Origin: a virus | DNA length: 39,768 nt | IMG/VR virus record: IMGVR_UViG_3300031760_006869 | Span: 1-39,768 of that record | Reading direction: 5' to 3' (one strand) | Shown: one piece after another, positions 1-9,652 of the stretch | Numbering within the stretch: the first letter of the stretch is position 1 | How the letters are laid out: each line of letters opens with the position of its first letter | Translations under genes and position numbers: made by a program | Notes under the pieces: model-generated | Databases searched by the model: none | The model's input: the letters and a program-made list of their open reading frames with translations, nothing else | What the model was told of the DNA's origin: nothing

Positions 1-127
1 TACGAATTGACATAAGTATACATTTGTTGTTGCAGTTTCTGTTCCATATGTAGCAGTGAATGTGGTATCACTTGAAACTTCAACATCATATAATGTGAAA
101 ATTCCTAAATTATTCGTTATACCGCTG
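1..127. repeat. 127-bp exact direct copy of 39546-39672 (circularisation / assembly-graph branch overlap)
   Basis: Base-for-base identity from tacgaattgac... to ...ataccgctg. The copies diverge immediately after the CCGCTG core (ttaaacgaa vs aaaaacgaa). Confidence 0.95.
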
Positions 128-136
128 TTAAACGAA
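113..136 (-). other. Putative inversion (recombination) site 3; on minus strand TTCGTTTAA-CAGCGG-TATAACGAA
   Basis: 9-bp imperfect inverted arms around a 6-bp asymmetric core shared with the sites at 37794 and 38401. It heads the reversed cassette C. Confidence 0.85.
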
Positions 137-182
137 GAAAAGAAGAAAAAATTTAAAATTTAAAAAAAGGTTTTGATAAAAA

Positions 183-1667
183 ATGTATAAATTTAAAGCA
201 AAATTCCAATTATCAAACGAATTCATAAGCAGTGAATCCGAAGAAATACAAAAAACAATGCAATTATCGGAGCCCCTAATACAAATCATAACACCAACCA
301 ACAATTACCATATCAACGATATAATACCCATCACAATAACAATAACCAACCGTAAAGGGCAACCAATACCAAATCTAGGATTCACTCTCACAATAAATGG
401 GACCAGTTACAGTTGCACTACAAATTCTGAAGGAATTTATACATTTGATTACACTATCCTTACTGATGATGATCTTGAAGTGACAATAACAACAAACATC
501 ACAAGCGTTTATGACACTGTAACAGTAGAGGAAACAATAGCAATAGATAGCCGTGAATACACAAACCTCTCAATAGTATCCAGTGCAAGTTCAACAATAT
601 TCCTAAACGGCTTCACATTAACAGCAACATTGAAGGACGCAAACGGAAACCTAATCAACGGTGCAGTGAAATTCTATGAAGGGTCTACACTTCTAGGAAC
701 GGTAAACACTATTAATGGAGTTGCAGAGTATACTGTATCGAATGCAAGCATAACAAGCCATATTTATCATGCAGTGTTTGAACAAACCACCGATTACCAT
801 GAGGCAACAAGTTCAAATGTGACTGTCAATGTTACAAAAGACACTCCGAAACTATCTAAACTTACTGGAGATCTTTACAGTGGATGGGTTACAGCTTGCC
901 AATTGACTAATAGTAAAGGAACCGCCCTATCAAGCAAGACTGTAAGCATAAAGATTAGTACAAATAACAGCACCTGGAGCACATTTAACAAAACCACTAA
1001 CTCTAGTGGTAAGGCCAGTCAAACAATCACTGGCGGTGCACAGAAAATATATGTGCAATATGTGTTTGCTGGTGATTCACAATACAATGCAGTTACACTT
1101 ACAGGAACCTTCAACATACTCAGTCCTAAAAGCGTTAAAAAGGCGGCAGGCACTATCGTATCAAATCCTGCTAGCGATAGTGGATCATATAGGAAATGGT
1201 ATGATACCTATACTGATGGTGATGACAATCCTATACGTGCAGGTAACACCTGTAACTCTGCAGTTATTGCAGGTAAAAATGGAACCCACAATAGGCCTGC
1301 TGATGTTGTTAAGACAGGTTGGGGATTCAACATTCCAACCGGTGCAACAATAACAAAAATAGTCTGTGCATGGAAGAGTAAGCAAGGTGAATGTGGTAAC
1401 GCTTACCCAAGCATACCTGCAGGTACAGTGACATTGAAGGTTGGAAGTTTAACTTTAACAGGAACTGGAAGTAAAGGTGGTAACGGATCATATGTATCAT
1501 CAAGCAAGACATGGTCCAGTCCAAATGTATCCGCAGCAAACGTTAACAGCAGCAGCATGAAGTTAACCCTTTCACATGCAGCTAACACTAATACTAATCC
1601 TGGTCTGTTCTATGTGATAGGGCCTAATTTGACAGTTTATTACAATCCAGCACAAGGAAGTGTATAG
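183..1667 (+). CDS. Ig-like-domain minor tail / adhesin-like protein (494 aa)
   Basis: Thr-rich Big-type repeats (TLTATLKDANG...VKFYEGSTLLGTV...NGVA; VQYVFAGDSQYNA). C-terminal beta-domain is shared with the N-terminus of the next gene. Lies in the tail module. Confidence 0.75.
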   Translation: MYKFKAKFQLSNEFISSESEEIQKTMQLSEPLIQIITPTNNYHINDIIPITITITNRKGQPIPNLGFTLTINGTSYSCTTNSEGIYTFDYTILTDDDLEVTITTNITSVYDTVTVEETIAIDSREYTNLSIVSSASSTIFLNGFTLTATLKDANGNLINGAVKFYEGSTLLGTVNTINGVAEYTVSNASITSHIYHAVFEQTTDYHEATSSNVTVNVTKDTPKLSKLTGDLYSGWVTACQLTNSKGTALSSKTVSIKISTNNSTWSTFNKTTNSSGKASQTITGGAQKIYVQYVFAGDSQYNAVTLTGTFNILSPKSVKKAAGTIVSNPASDSGSYRKWYDTYTDGDDNPIRAGNTCNSAVIAGKNGTHNRPADVVKTGWGFNIPTGATITKIVCAWKSKQGECGNAYPSIPAGTVTLKVGSLTLTGTGSKGGNGSYVSSSKTWSSPNVSAANVNSSSMKLTLSHAANTNTNPGLFYVIGPNLTVYYNPAQGSV

Positions 1668-1670
1668 ATT

Positions 1671-4600
1671 ATGGTGACAACACAAAAATTCTATGCTAAA
1701 AACATAACACAAACTTCAGAAAACACAGTGTGGAATAGTACTAATCCTCAAAATCCACGTAAGTATAGGCAGTTTGTAAATTTAGATGCCTTGAAGGCAG
1801 ATGACTCAAATTATGCAACATGTAGCAACCTTGCAGGTAAGAATGGGACCCATAACCGGCCTTCAACTGTTACTTTCACTAATTTTAATATCAGTTTGCC
1901 AACGGATATTATCATTAAAAAGATTGTTGTAGGTTATGCACATAACAAGGTAAGTTACAGCAGCAAGACAGCTTATCCTAATGTAGGTGCACCTACAATT
2001 AGCTTGATAAATGTTAGTGCTAGTGGAAAAGGGAATGCAGTTCCTATAAATTATTCTAAATACACTAAAAGTTTCAGCATTTCACCAAACAGGTCTAAAG
2101 TTATCAGCAGCAATTTCGGTGTTAAGATAAATTACCCAGTCAACAGTAACACTAATCCTGGAGCAATCAAGTTAGGTTACTGTTGGGTACAGGTGGTTTA
2201 TGAAAAAGTACAGAAACAAGTGAGCGGAGCGGTTAAAAAGACTACAACTTCTACAAATACTCAGATTGTAGAGGATATTGTAGGGATTAACAGCACAGCG
2301 ACTAGTGTTTTTGTAGGGGATACGTGCCTTATTGATGTGGATGTTACAACTTCAGCCGCTAACACTCCACTGAAATTTGAAATAGATCTTGGAGAAGATT
2401 TCACATTCGTGGAAAAAACCGAAGGTGATGGGACAATAACCAGCGATGATGGCCTTTTCTGGGAAGTTCTCACTGCAAACACCACAGCACATATACAATT
2501 CAGCGTCATAGGGGCAACAGTAGGAACACATTATATAATAATTACAGATGTCACCAATCCAAATGATACAAAAATTGTAAAGAAGATTGGTATTGTAACC
2601 TTGGCGGAGCAATTGGTATGTTATCCTAGCCTTCCAACAGATGGCATTGAAAACGATACCGTAACATATACGCTTGAAGTGTTTAGCACAAACCCTTTAG
2701 CTGTTAATAAGGAATTGGAAGTTACTTTGCCTCCGGAAATTGTTATTGATGGTGTTGATACTGATTATGGAAGTGCAACTTTTGAAAATGGTGCGGAAGA
2801 GAACCTCATCACTTGGGAAGTGGAATTCCAAGAGCAACATGCAGAGATTGAAATCACTGTAGAGCTAACTAGCAGTGGAGTTTACTCTCAAGTGTTTAAA
2901 GACGTCACTGATGAAGAGCATGTAATAAACACATGCTCTATCCATGTGAAGCCGGAAACATTAACTGTACCGTTCTACAGCATTACTGAAGTGGCAGATG
3001 AGATGTATAACCGCTTTGGCCAAGGCGTGAATTACAATGTGTCATGCTACATGAAGGTAGAGATCACTGATGACCCAGAAACTGTAGCGGATGAGCAGGA
3101 CCTTTTTGAAACATACGCATATAATTACCGTTTAGGTGTTGTCCAGGGGGATTTCCAGAACGAGATTGAAATGCTTGAAATCGCAGAATGGTCTGACCCA
3201 ATAAGCAACCTTGGAGAATGGGAGCTTTTAACCGTTAACTTCAACTTTGAAGAGGGCAAACCGATACACATCATAAGGACTGGTGAATACATTGAAAACC
3301 AGGCCACATTTATGGATGTCTACTTCTCTGAAGCATGCATAATAGAGCAAAGCGTGAATGATGGTTTTGAATTGCCAGGCAATTATCCTGTCCCTATACA
3401 TGGGATAAACACTCCAATAGGTTATAATGATGACCTTGAGGATGTTGAAGAGGATGCAATAGTAAGCCCTTCGGTTTTCAATATGGCTAAGCTTGAAAAC
3501 ACTACTGGCGTTAGGTTATATGATCTTGATACTGATGAGTTAGTGCTGCTAAATGCAGTTGTGGAAGGTGTGAGCGTTCATTTGGATGTGCAGACCGATA
3601 AAAGCACAAACCTATTATGCAGATTGGTTATGCCTAACGGCAAGGTAGGTTCAAGGAGCATAAACCTTGAAGATGAAACCAATGGGCCGATAAGCATAGG
3701 TGGAAAGTTTGACCTTTGGGGATTGGACTTTGAGGACTTTAACATAGAATCCTTGGAGGATGTTGAGATAGAGGTCATTGCACAGAACCCTTATCTCTAC
3801 GATAGTGTTCTTGAAATCACTAATGCATTGCTTGAATATCATTATCTGGAATTGGATGATAGTTTCATTGAATTCTGGATAAGCAAGGAACAGACCATTG
3901 ATGATGATACAGGCAAGGCTGTTGAGAAATGGATTAGCAGCAGATATTACAATATGAGCCTGAGAAATGCTGAAGGAGTGCTTGGTGCAAACAATGATGT
4001 CAGCTATTACCAGGTAAACGGTTCGGATAAAACCATCCCTTACTTATCAAATATTGTAAGTAAGAACCTTGACCTTGAGTTCAGCATTGGAAATTGCAGC
4101 ATTGAAGAGGCTACAATATTCCTGCAACGTGTGGGCAAATTATTCAGCAATAATAGGGATGATTTTAACAACCCATACTTGAATAAGATTAAGTTTTCAC
4201 ATATCCCTGATATTTTCTATGAGTATATCATGGAGGACCATATCAAGGAAAAGATTGAAACTGGAATCTACAAATGTACTGTTAGTTTGAAAATCCCAGC
4301 AGGTACTGCCTATAGCATTGAAGAGTCTGTGACAGTAAGTCAAGGTGCAAACAATGGTATCGCAAAGGTTAGTCCTGTAATACAATTGTTGGCCTTGGAT
4401 GATACTGTAGACCTCACAGAGAGAAAGTCAGGGCAGAACCTTAACCTTATCGCTACTGGAACCAATGACATAACCGCTAACGATTATATTGTTATTGACT
4501 GTGAAAACATGAAAGTTACCAAAAACACATTAGAGGATGACGGTACTTTCACCACAGTTGACATTACAGATCATGTTGACTTTGACAGCAAATGGTTTAA

Positions 4601-4676
4601 TATTATTGGCGAATATGACTTTGACGCAGGGGAGACTGCACTTGTGCAAAATGTAAGATTCCGCGAAAGATGGTGA
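1671..4676 (+). CDS. Distal tail protein (Dit-like) extended with Ig/carbohydrate-binding-like domains (1001 aa)
   Basis: C-terminal ~250 aa has siphovirus Dit-like features (IKFSHIPDIFYE...TVSLKIPAG...YIVIDCENMKV...KWFNIIGEY...RFRERW). Directly upstream of the Tal-like gene. Confidence 0.7.
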   Translation: MVTTQKFYAKNITQTSENTVWNSTNPQNPRKYRQFVNLDALKADDSNYATCSNLAGKNGTHNRPSTVTFTNFNISLPTDIIIKKIVVGYAHNKVSYSSKTAYPNVGAPTISLINVSASGKGNAVPINYSKYTKSFSISPNRSKVISSNFGVKINYPVNSNTNPGAIKLGYCWVQVVYEKVQKQVSGAVKKTTTSTNTQIVEDIVGINSTATSVFVGDTCLIDVDVTTSAANTPLKFEIDLGEDFTFVEKTEGDGTITSDDGLFWEVLTANTTAHIQFSVIGATVGTHYIIITDVTNPNDTKIVKKIGIVTLAEQLVCYPSLPTDGIENDTVTYTLEVFSTNPLAVNKELEVTLPPEIVIDGVDTDYGSATFENGAEENLITWEVEFQEQHAEIEITVELTSSGVYSQVFKDVTDEEHVINTCSIHVKPETLTVPFYSITEVADEMYNRFGQGVNYNVSCYMKVEITDDPETVADEQDLFETYAYNYRLGVVQGDFQNEIEMLEIAEWSDPISNLGEWELLTVNFNFEEGKPIHIIRTGEYIENQATFMDVYFSEACIIEQSVNDGFELPGNYPVPIHGINTPIGYNDDLEDVEEDAIVSPSVFNMAKLENTTGVRLYDLDTDELVLLNAVVEGVSVHLDVQTDKSTNLLCRLVMPNGKVGSRSINLEDETNGPISIGGKFDLWGLDFEDFNIESLEDVEIEVIAQNPYLYDSVLEITNALLEYHYLELDDSFIEFWISKEQTIDDDTGKAVEKWISSRYYNMSLRNAEGVLGANNDVSYYQVNGSDKTIPYLSNIVSKNLDLEFSIGNCSIEEATIFLQRVGKLFSNNRDDFNNPYLNKIKFSHIPDIFYEYIMEDHIKEKIETGIYKCTVSLKIPAGTAYSIEESVTVSQGANNGIAKVSPVIQLLALDDTVDLTERKSGQNLNLIATGTNDITANDYIVIDCENMKVTKNTLEDDGTFTTVDITDHVDFDSKWFNIIGEYDFDAGETALVQNVRFRERW

Positions 4677-4682
4677 TAGTTT

Positions 4683-7004
4683 ATGGTAGTTGATGTTATA
4701 ATATTATCCCCAGATGAAAATTTCATAGCTTGGCTTGACACCACTGTGGTTGACTTGAAGGAAACCAATGAAGCGGCCATGATTAAGGAGATCCAGCTTA
4801 AGCATATTTTAACTGAGGATGTTGAATTGTCGAAATGGTACAGGCAAGGCAATAAGATATTTGTTGGTGGAGGCAATGGCCTCAATCCCTGCCTTTACGT
4901 TATCAATCAGGATTACGAATTGGATACATGGGAGGACCAGACTGTTAGCTTACGTGCAGAAGAGGTTCTTGTCGAGCTGAACAATGTCGAGCTCTACAGC
5001 TATACTGGCAGCAGCCCTATAACTGTGAATTCAACTTTCCTCACTAGTGTGTTTGGAGATTATTTCACCATCAAAGAGGTAGATTCATTTGTTACCAGAC
5101 AGAACAATCAGATTCAGCCTGTAGGTACAATGACTCTGATTGAGCTCATGCGTCTTATTGAAGCTGAAACTGGTATGGTCTTTGTAACTGAATATGAATT
5201 GTCTGAAACATCAAACAATGTCATTAAAAGGTATCTTAGCCTAAAGCAACCAGGAAATATAGGTTACACTTTCACACAGGCATTGGATGTAGGCCGTAAC
5301 CTGGATAATATCAGCTGCACTGTAGATGAGACAGATACTATACGTGGTGTAAGTCCAAAATTCAGTCTCAATGAAGATAATTCAGCTACAAGCTCTACAA
5401 GCATGACAAAAGCTGAACTTGCAGCAGTGATTAACGCTTACAAAACATTAGAGGTTACAAAAGGCACTAGCATACCTATGATCATTGAAAAGCAGGTTGA
5501 GAACAATGTCGAGACAGAAGTGATAACCGCTTACTGGTATGCTCCTTTCACAAAACAAGCCAATAAGTTATATGTTGAAGATGACAGCGGACCGGATTCA
5601 GATTACAGCACAACCGAAGCCAATTATAACCAAATTTACAGCAAAAAGGATAATGACAGTTTAAAGAAAGTCCCAAAACTGGGAACCATCAGCACTTCAG
5701 AAACCAATAAGTATCTGATTTATAATGCGTGTGCAAGGGAATTGCTTGAAAAGCGTTATCCTGAGATACATATTGATGTGAAACTTGCAGACCTTAACCT
5801 TATGCTTGGAGATCATGATTCAAGTTATAATGTGTTTGACAAGGTCTTTGTTAAGGTTCCTGGTTACAATACACTTATAGAGGCTTATGTCACCAAGACA
5901 GTTAAGGATCCTTTGGATGTTGGTGAAAACCAAATCACTATAAGCAATGCGAAGGTAGGTACAAAGGTGACACAGGTGAGCACCAGCCTTACCGTTGACA
6001 ATCTCACCAACAATACTGTAACTATCAATAAGAAAGGAACTGCCTTGACTGGAAAGCTCTTAAGTGAAGGTGTGGCATTGCCAAATGCGGTTGTTAGCAT
6101 AAGCTTTCAGAAATATGTTGAAGAGAAAACTCCTGTCATTGATGTTCAGGGAGTGGAACTTCAGGGAGTGACAACACAAAAGGCAAAGACAAAGACCATC
6201 ACAGAGAAGGTCAAGCGTACTGATGTCATAACCGCTTGGGGTTACAATACCTGTTCCTGCTGTGCATATCCTAAAAACCCTTACAAGAAAGTAAAGAAAA
6301 CCTACTTGAACAAATGCCCTCATTGTGGCAAAACAATGGTGTTGAAGGATAATCCTAAAAAATGCAAGGATGGGGAAATCACATGTTCCTCTTGCGGAGC
6401 GGACTACTGTATCAACTGCGGAGGTGACAAGAAAAACAAGACCTGGTGTAAAAAATGGAAATTGACACCAGCTAGTGAGTACACTACCGTTACACGTGAG
6501 GTTCCAATAACCACTGCAACAGAAAAAACAAACAACAGTAAGAATTATGATGTTAAAGATCCTACAGCAAGTCCAGCTGCACAAAAGCTCATCAAGAAAT
6601 ACAGTGTTCCTACATTAGTTGTTGCCAAGGCAAAGAAGATAGGTTATGGCAAAACCACAGATACTGCAAAGTTAAGGGCAATTGCAGATTGGATGGGATT
6701 AGGATCAAGTGGAAATATCAAATACCAGAAATACGAATGCTTGAAACGTGGTGCAACTGGTACATTAACCAGTAAGAAAGGTAATTGTGCGGACCAAACA
6801 GCTCTTGCTGTTGCATTGGCACGTGCAATGGGCATAAAGTCAAGGTATGTTCACCGTAAAGGCCATTTCTACGGAGAGTACTATATCAACCATTCCTGGT
6901 TTATCATGGATACAGTAACAAGTAAAGGATGGGGCCATTACTGGAATGGTAGCGGTGCATTGATTAGCAAAGGTTACAGTTTCAAAGGCTGCAAAGTCTA
7001 CTAA
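4683..7004 (+). CDS. Tail-associated lysin / baseplate hub (Tal-like) with Cys-rich insert and C-terminal transglutaminase-like (PeiW/PeiP-type) peptidase domain
   Basis: N-terminal phage tail hub-like region follows the Dit gene. C-terminal KGNCADQ...KGHFYGEY...IMDT gives a Cys-His-Asp triad. Confidence 0.75.
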   Translation: MVVDVIILSPDENFIAWLDTTVVDLKETNEAAMIKEIQLKHILTEDVELSKWYRQGNKIFVGGGNGLNPCLYVINQDYELDTWEDQTVSLRAEEVLVELNNVELYSYTGSSPITVNSTFLTSVFGDYFTIKEVDSFVTRQNNQIQPVGTMTLIELMRLIEAETGMVFVTEYELSETSNNVIKRYLSLKQPGNIGYTFTQALDVGRNLDNISCTVDETDTIRGVSPKFSLNEDNSATSSTSMTKAELAAVINAYKTLEVTKGTSIPMIIEKQVENNVETEVITAYWYAPFTKQANKLYVEDDSGPDSDYSTTEANYNQIYSKKDNDSLKKVPKLGTISTSETNKYLIYNACARELLEKRYPEIHIDVKLADLNLMLGDHDSSYNVFDKVFVKVPGYNTLIEAYVTKTVKDPLDVGENQITISNAKVGTKVTQVSTSLTVDNLTNNTVTINKKGTALTGKLLSEGVALPNAVVSISFQKYVEEKTPVIDVQGVELQGVTTQKAKTKTITEKVKRTDVITAWGYNTCSCCAYPKNPYKKVKKTYLNKCPHCGKTMVLKDNPKKCKDGEITCSSCGADYCINCGGDKKNKTWCKKWKLTPASEYTTVTREVPITTATEKTNNSKNYDVKDPTASPAAQKLIKKYSVPTLVVAKAKKIGYGKTTDTAKLRAIADWMGLGSSGNIKYQKYECLKRGATGTLTSKKGNCADQTALAVALARAMGIKSRYVHRKGHFYGEYYINHSWFIMDTVTSKGWGHYWNGSGALISKGYSFKGCKVY

Positions 7005-7021
7005 TAAGGAGGGTTAAAGTT

Positions 7022-7201
7022 TTGACTTTAGAAGGTAAATCATTAAAATTTATGAAAACCTATACCAGGGCAACTGGCAGTGATGGGAAGTTCAGCATTC
7101 CTATCAATCTTGCAAAGGGAGATTACCAGGTCACTATCAATTATGGTGGGGATTTGGAACATGCCCCTTCAAGCAAGACTGTTAATCTTCATGTGGGATG
7201 A
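7022..7201 (+). CDS. 59-aa half Ig-like adhesin repeat (TTG start)
   Basis: Hand-translated MTLEGKSLKFMKTYTRATGSDGKFSIPINLAKGDYQVTINYGGDLEHAPSSKTVNLHVG. AGGAGG RBS about 8 nt upstream. Confidence 0.7.
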   Translation: MTLEGKSLKFMKTYTRATGSDGKFSIPINLAKGDYQVTINYGGDLEHAPSSKTVNLHVG

Positions 7202-7206
7202 GTTAT

Positions 7207-7347
7207 ATGTCTGATGATTATTGCTTAAACTGTGCATTCCACAATCCAAATGCTGAATATGGATGTGAGATGTCAGAGGACATTGTTGTCTGTAGTGTGA
7301 AAATGAGAAAAAAGAAACAAGAAAAACAAGAGGTTAAGAAAATATGA
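7207..7347 (+). CDS. 46-aa small Cys4 protein
   Basis: Hand-translated MSDDYCLNCAFH...GC...VC...KKI. ATGA overlap with the endolysin start. Confidence 0.6.
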   Translation: MSDDYCLNCAFHNPNAEYGCEMSEDIVVCSVKMRKKKQEKQEVKKI

Positions 7348-8393
7348 AATATGGAAATAAGGCCTTGGTAACTGAAGCATCACAAATAAAAAATTTCATT
7401 GAGAAAAATAAGAAAGTGCCTAAAGCTGCAACACTCACTACTGGTGAAACGTTATCCCCTTACAGTATTGCATACTTGTTGTCTTTAGCAGTGAAAGATA
7501 ATCTTAAAAGCAAGAGTTATGATTTGGTAAATGTGATAATTTACAATCCTGCAAAGAAACATGTTGACACCATCAATGCTGATGTTGTCAAGAAGGATTA
7601 CATGATCATGATTGATAACTTCATAAAGTTTTGCAGGAAATATCATCGTGTTCCAAGATACATAACAGTTCCAAGTCTTGATGTTAAGGTATCATTTGAA
7701 CTGTACCTTTATTGTATCAGTAAAATCGTATTGTTCATTGATAAAAACAAGAAAATGCCGAACTATTGCAATTTTAATAAATCATTCAGTTCAAATACTG
7801 CAAAGGTTACCTCAACAGTGAAAAAAGAGGTTAAGAAATCTACATCAACCAGTACAAACACTAACATTTATACAAGTTCCCCACATCCAACCAAAAAAGG
7901 ATGCGGAGGAATGGGCCAAGACACCAGCTATTACTGTGGAGTATCAGCATTACAAAAATGCCTTTTCAAATTTGGCATAACTGACTTCTCTCAAAAGACC
8001 CTTGCAGGTTATGCCGGAACCACCACCAAGGGAACAAGTCATGATGGAATCCGAACAGCTGTAGCATATGTGAACAAGAAAAAAGGAACCAATATCAAAG
8101 TGACTGAAAAGACATTCACAGAGATAGGCGGATGGAAAGGAATAGCTAAAGTATTGGCCAACAAGAACCAGGACATTATATTCCACAACAAGTACAGATT
8201 AAAATACGGCCATTACGAAGTGATGAACCAATTGAACCTGACAACAAATTATGCGAAAGTGTTGAACAGCCTTGGCAACAAATGCACCAGCAACTGCTAT
8301 TGCGGTTATGTTGAGGACAGGTCATGCAATACAATGAAGAAGTATATGGATGCAGTAAGTCAGAAAAGCTTGATAATACTTACAAAAGGATGA
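7344..8393 (+). CDS. Endolysin: pseudomurein-binding repeats plus C39-like cysteine peptidase (PeiR-like pseudomurein endoisopeptidase)
   Basis: N-terminal PMB-like segments (IKNFIEKNKKVPK...YLLSLAV; FCRKYHRVPRYI...YCISKIVLF). Catalytic GQDTSYYCG...YGHYEV...VLNS motif. Next to a holin-like gene. Confidence 0.8.
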   Translation: MKYGNKALVTEASQIKNFIEKNKKVPKAATLTTGETLSPYSIAYLLSLAVKDNLKSKSYDLVNVIIYNPAKKHVDTINADVVKKDYMIMIDNFIKFCRKYHRVPRYITVPSLDVKVSFELYLYCISKIVLFIDKNKKMPNYCNFNKSFSSNTAKVTSTVKKEVKKSTSTSTNTNIYTSSPHPTKKGCGGMGQDTSYYCGVSALQKCLFKFGITDFSQKTLAGYAGTTTKGTSHDGIRTAVAYVNKKKGTNIKVTEKTFTEIGGWKGIAKVLANKNQDIIFHNKYRLKYGHYEVMNQLNLTTNYAKVLNSLGNKCTSNCYCGYVEDRSCNTMKKYMDAVSQKSLIILTKG

Positions 8394-8402
8394 ATGATGT
8401 TT

Positions 8403-8561
8403 ATGGATTATTTAGATTTTTTACAAAAAGTTAATGATTTGTTTTTTAAGATCATTGGAGACAATTCAATCACTATAAATTTACAAGTTTTCATCAATGG
8501 CAAGAGGCATGAGTTAGATCTTCCTGATGAAAAGGAATTGATTGAAGATTATGTACAATAA
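8403..8561 (+). CDS. 52-aa hypothetical protein in the lysis module
   Basis: Hand-translated MDYLDFLQKVNDLFFKIIG...EDYVQ. Fills the gap between endolysin and holin. Confidence 0.55.
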   Translation: MDYLDFLQKVNDLFFKIIGDNSITINLQVFINGKRHELDLPDEKELIEDYVQ

Positions 8562-8579
8562 TGAATGAGGTGTTAAAAC

Positions 8580-8912
8580 ATGAAAAGCTTAAAAATACCA
8601 TCTAGGATTGTAAAAATTATTGTTACAATCGTATTTGCAATTTTGACTACCATAGCCACTATGACTCCTGAAGGTTTGGCAGCTTATTTGCCACAGGAAT
8701 TTGCCGGATGTGCTGCTCTTATAATTATCCTTGCAGGGGCAATAGTGGATCAGTACGCTGAAGAGAAGAGAGTTGTACGTGCTGAAGAGTTAGCGATACA
8801 GCAGTCTGCTACTGTTCTTGGTGCTCCTTTGGATGGTGGCATTGTTTTGAATGATGAGTATATAGCTCCAGATGATTCAGAAATTGAGGATGTTTCTGAT
8901 GATGGATGTTAA
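8580..8912 (+). CDS. Putative holin
   Basis: Two hydrophobic helices and an acidic C-tail. GAGGTG RBS. Position in the lysis cassette. Confidence 0.65.
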   Translation: MKSLKIPSRIVKIIVTIVFAILTTIATMTPEGLAAYLPQEFAGCAALIIILAGAIVDQYAEEKRVVRAEELAIQQSATVLGAPLDGGIVLNDEYIAPDDSEIEDVSDDGC

Positions 8913-8956
8913 AGGACCAAAAATAACCCTATTTTTGTGGAAAAGTTAGTTTTTGT

Positions 8957-9000
8957 GAGGCCCTAAAACTTGATTGTTTTATGGTCTCTTATTTTTTTTT
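8957..9000 (+). terminator. Hairpin plus T-tract ending the late operon
   Basis: gaggcc..taaaac/gtttta..ggtctc stem followed by a 9-T run. Confidence 0.55.
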
Positions 9001-9041
9001 AAAATAATTGTATTACATTGCTTGTATTACAAATCGGCAGT

Positions 9042-9298
9042 TTAATAAGTGATTAAGGCCATAAATAAATAGTAGGAGAGGCAAATTTTGCTTATATTAA
9101 AATTTTGATGTATGGTTTGGTTTTTTTATCATTTCATTTTTGTTACTCTTCTTGATAATTTTGTATTAATTTATTATTTAATTGATTATTGATTTGCCTT
9201 TCCTGCCTTAACAATCACCTTATTAAGTCAACAACTATTTGTATGTATCAAAGGATTAGGAGGGAGTCCCATTTTTTGTGGATTCCCTCCTTTTTTTT
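9042..9298 (+). ncRNA. Candidate structured small RNA A with 3' hairpin and U-tract
   Basis: 15-bp stem 9073-9087/9191-9205 with three G:U pairs, outer stems 9042-9058/9206-9226, and a 12-bp hairpin 9258-9291 followed by a T-run. Confidence 0.45.
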
Positions 9299-9400
9299 AT
9301 TTTTCAAATGCTCTCGCTTAATCTTTATATGCTTCTAAGAATAAAAATAATATTACTTATTTTCTAATAAGTAAAGTGTTTTATGGTGTAGATAATTTCT

Positions 9401-9448
9401 GGGTTCATTATCGATTAGTACTTGATAATGAATCCTTCTTTTTTTTTT
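9401..9448 (+). terminator. 14-bp hairpin plus T-tract
   Basis: gggttcattatcga/ttgataatgaatcc (two G:U pairs) followed by a 10-T run. Confidence 0.55.
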
Positions 9449-9624
9449 AAAAATTACGGTTTAATGAACTTAATTAAACAGAAGGAAGCCCGTAAAGTGT
9501 TTGAGGATATATTACGTGAAAATAATATAAAATTATAAAAAATTTTGTATTTTTTTATATTTTTTCTTCATTTTTTAGTATTTTTTTAAGTTTTTTTTAC
9601 TATTTTTGGGTAAAAAACATTAAA

Positions 9625-9635
9625 TTTATATTATA
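9625..9635 (+). promoter_or_regulatory. Archaeal TATA-box candidate for structured RNA B
   Basis: TTTATATTATA lies about 25-30 nt upstream of the first helix (9653-9658), with an A-rich stretch upstream. Confidence 0.4.
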
Positions 9636-9652
9636 CTTATCACATAATATTA

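Noticed and set aside
1-127. Direct terminal repeat of the virion genome
   Set aside because: The length equals a common assembler k-mer and the repeat ends exactly at the inversion-site core. It is better explained by circular overlap at a graph branch.
5584-5592. Additional CAGCGG core as a fourth recombination site
   Set aside because: Lacks the TTCGTT/AACGAA arms.
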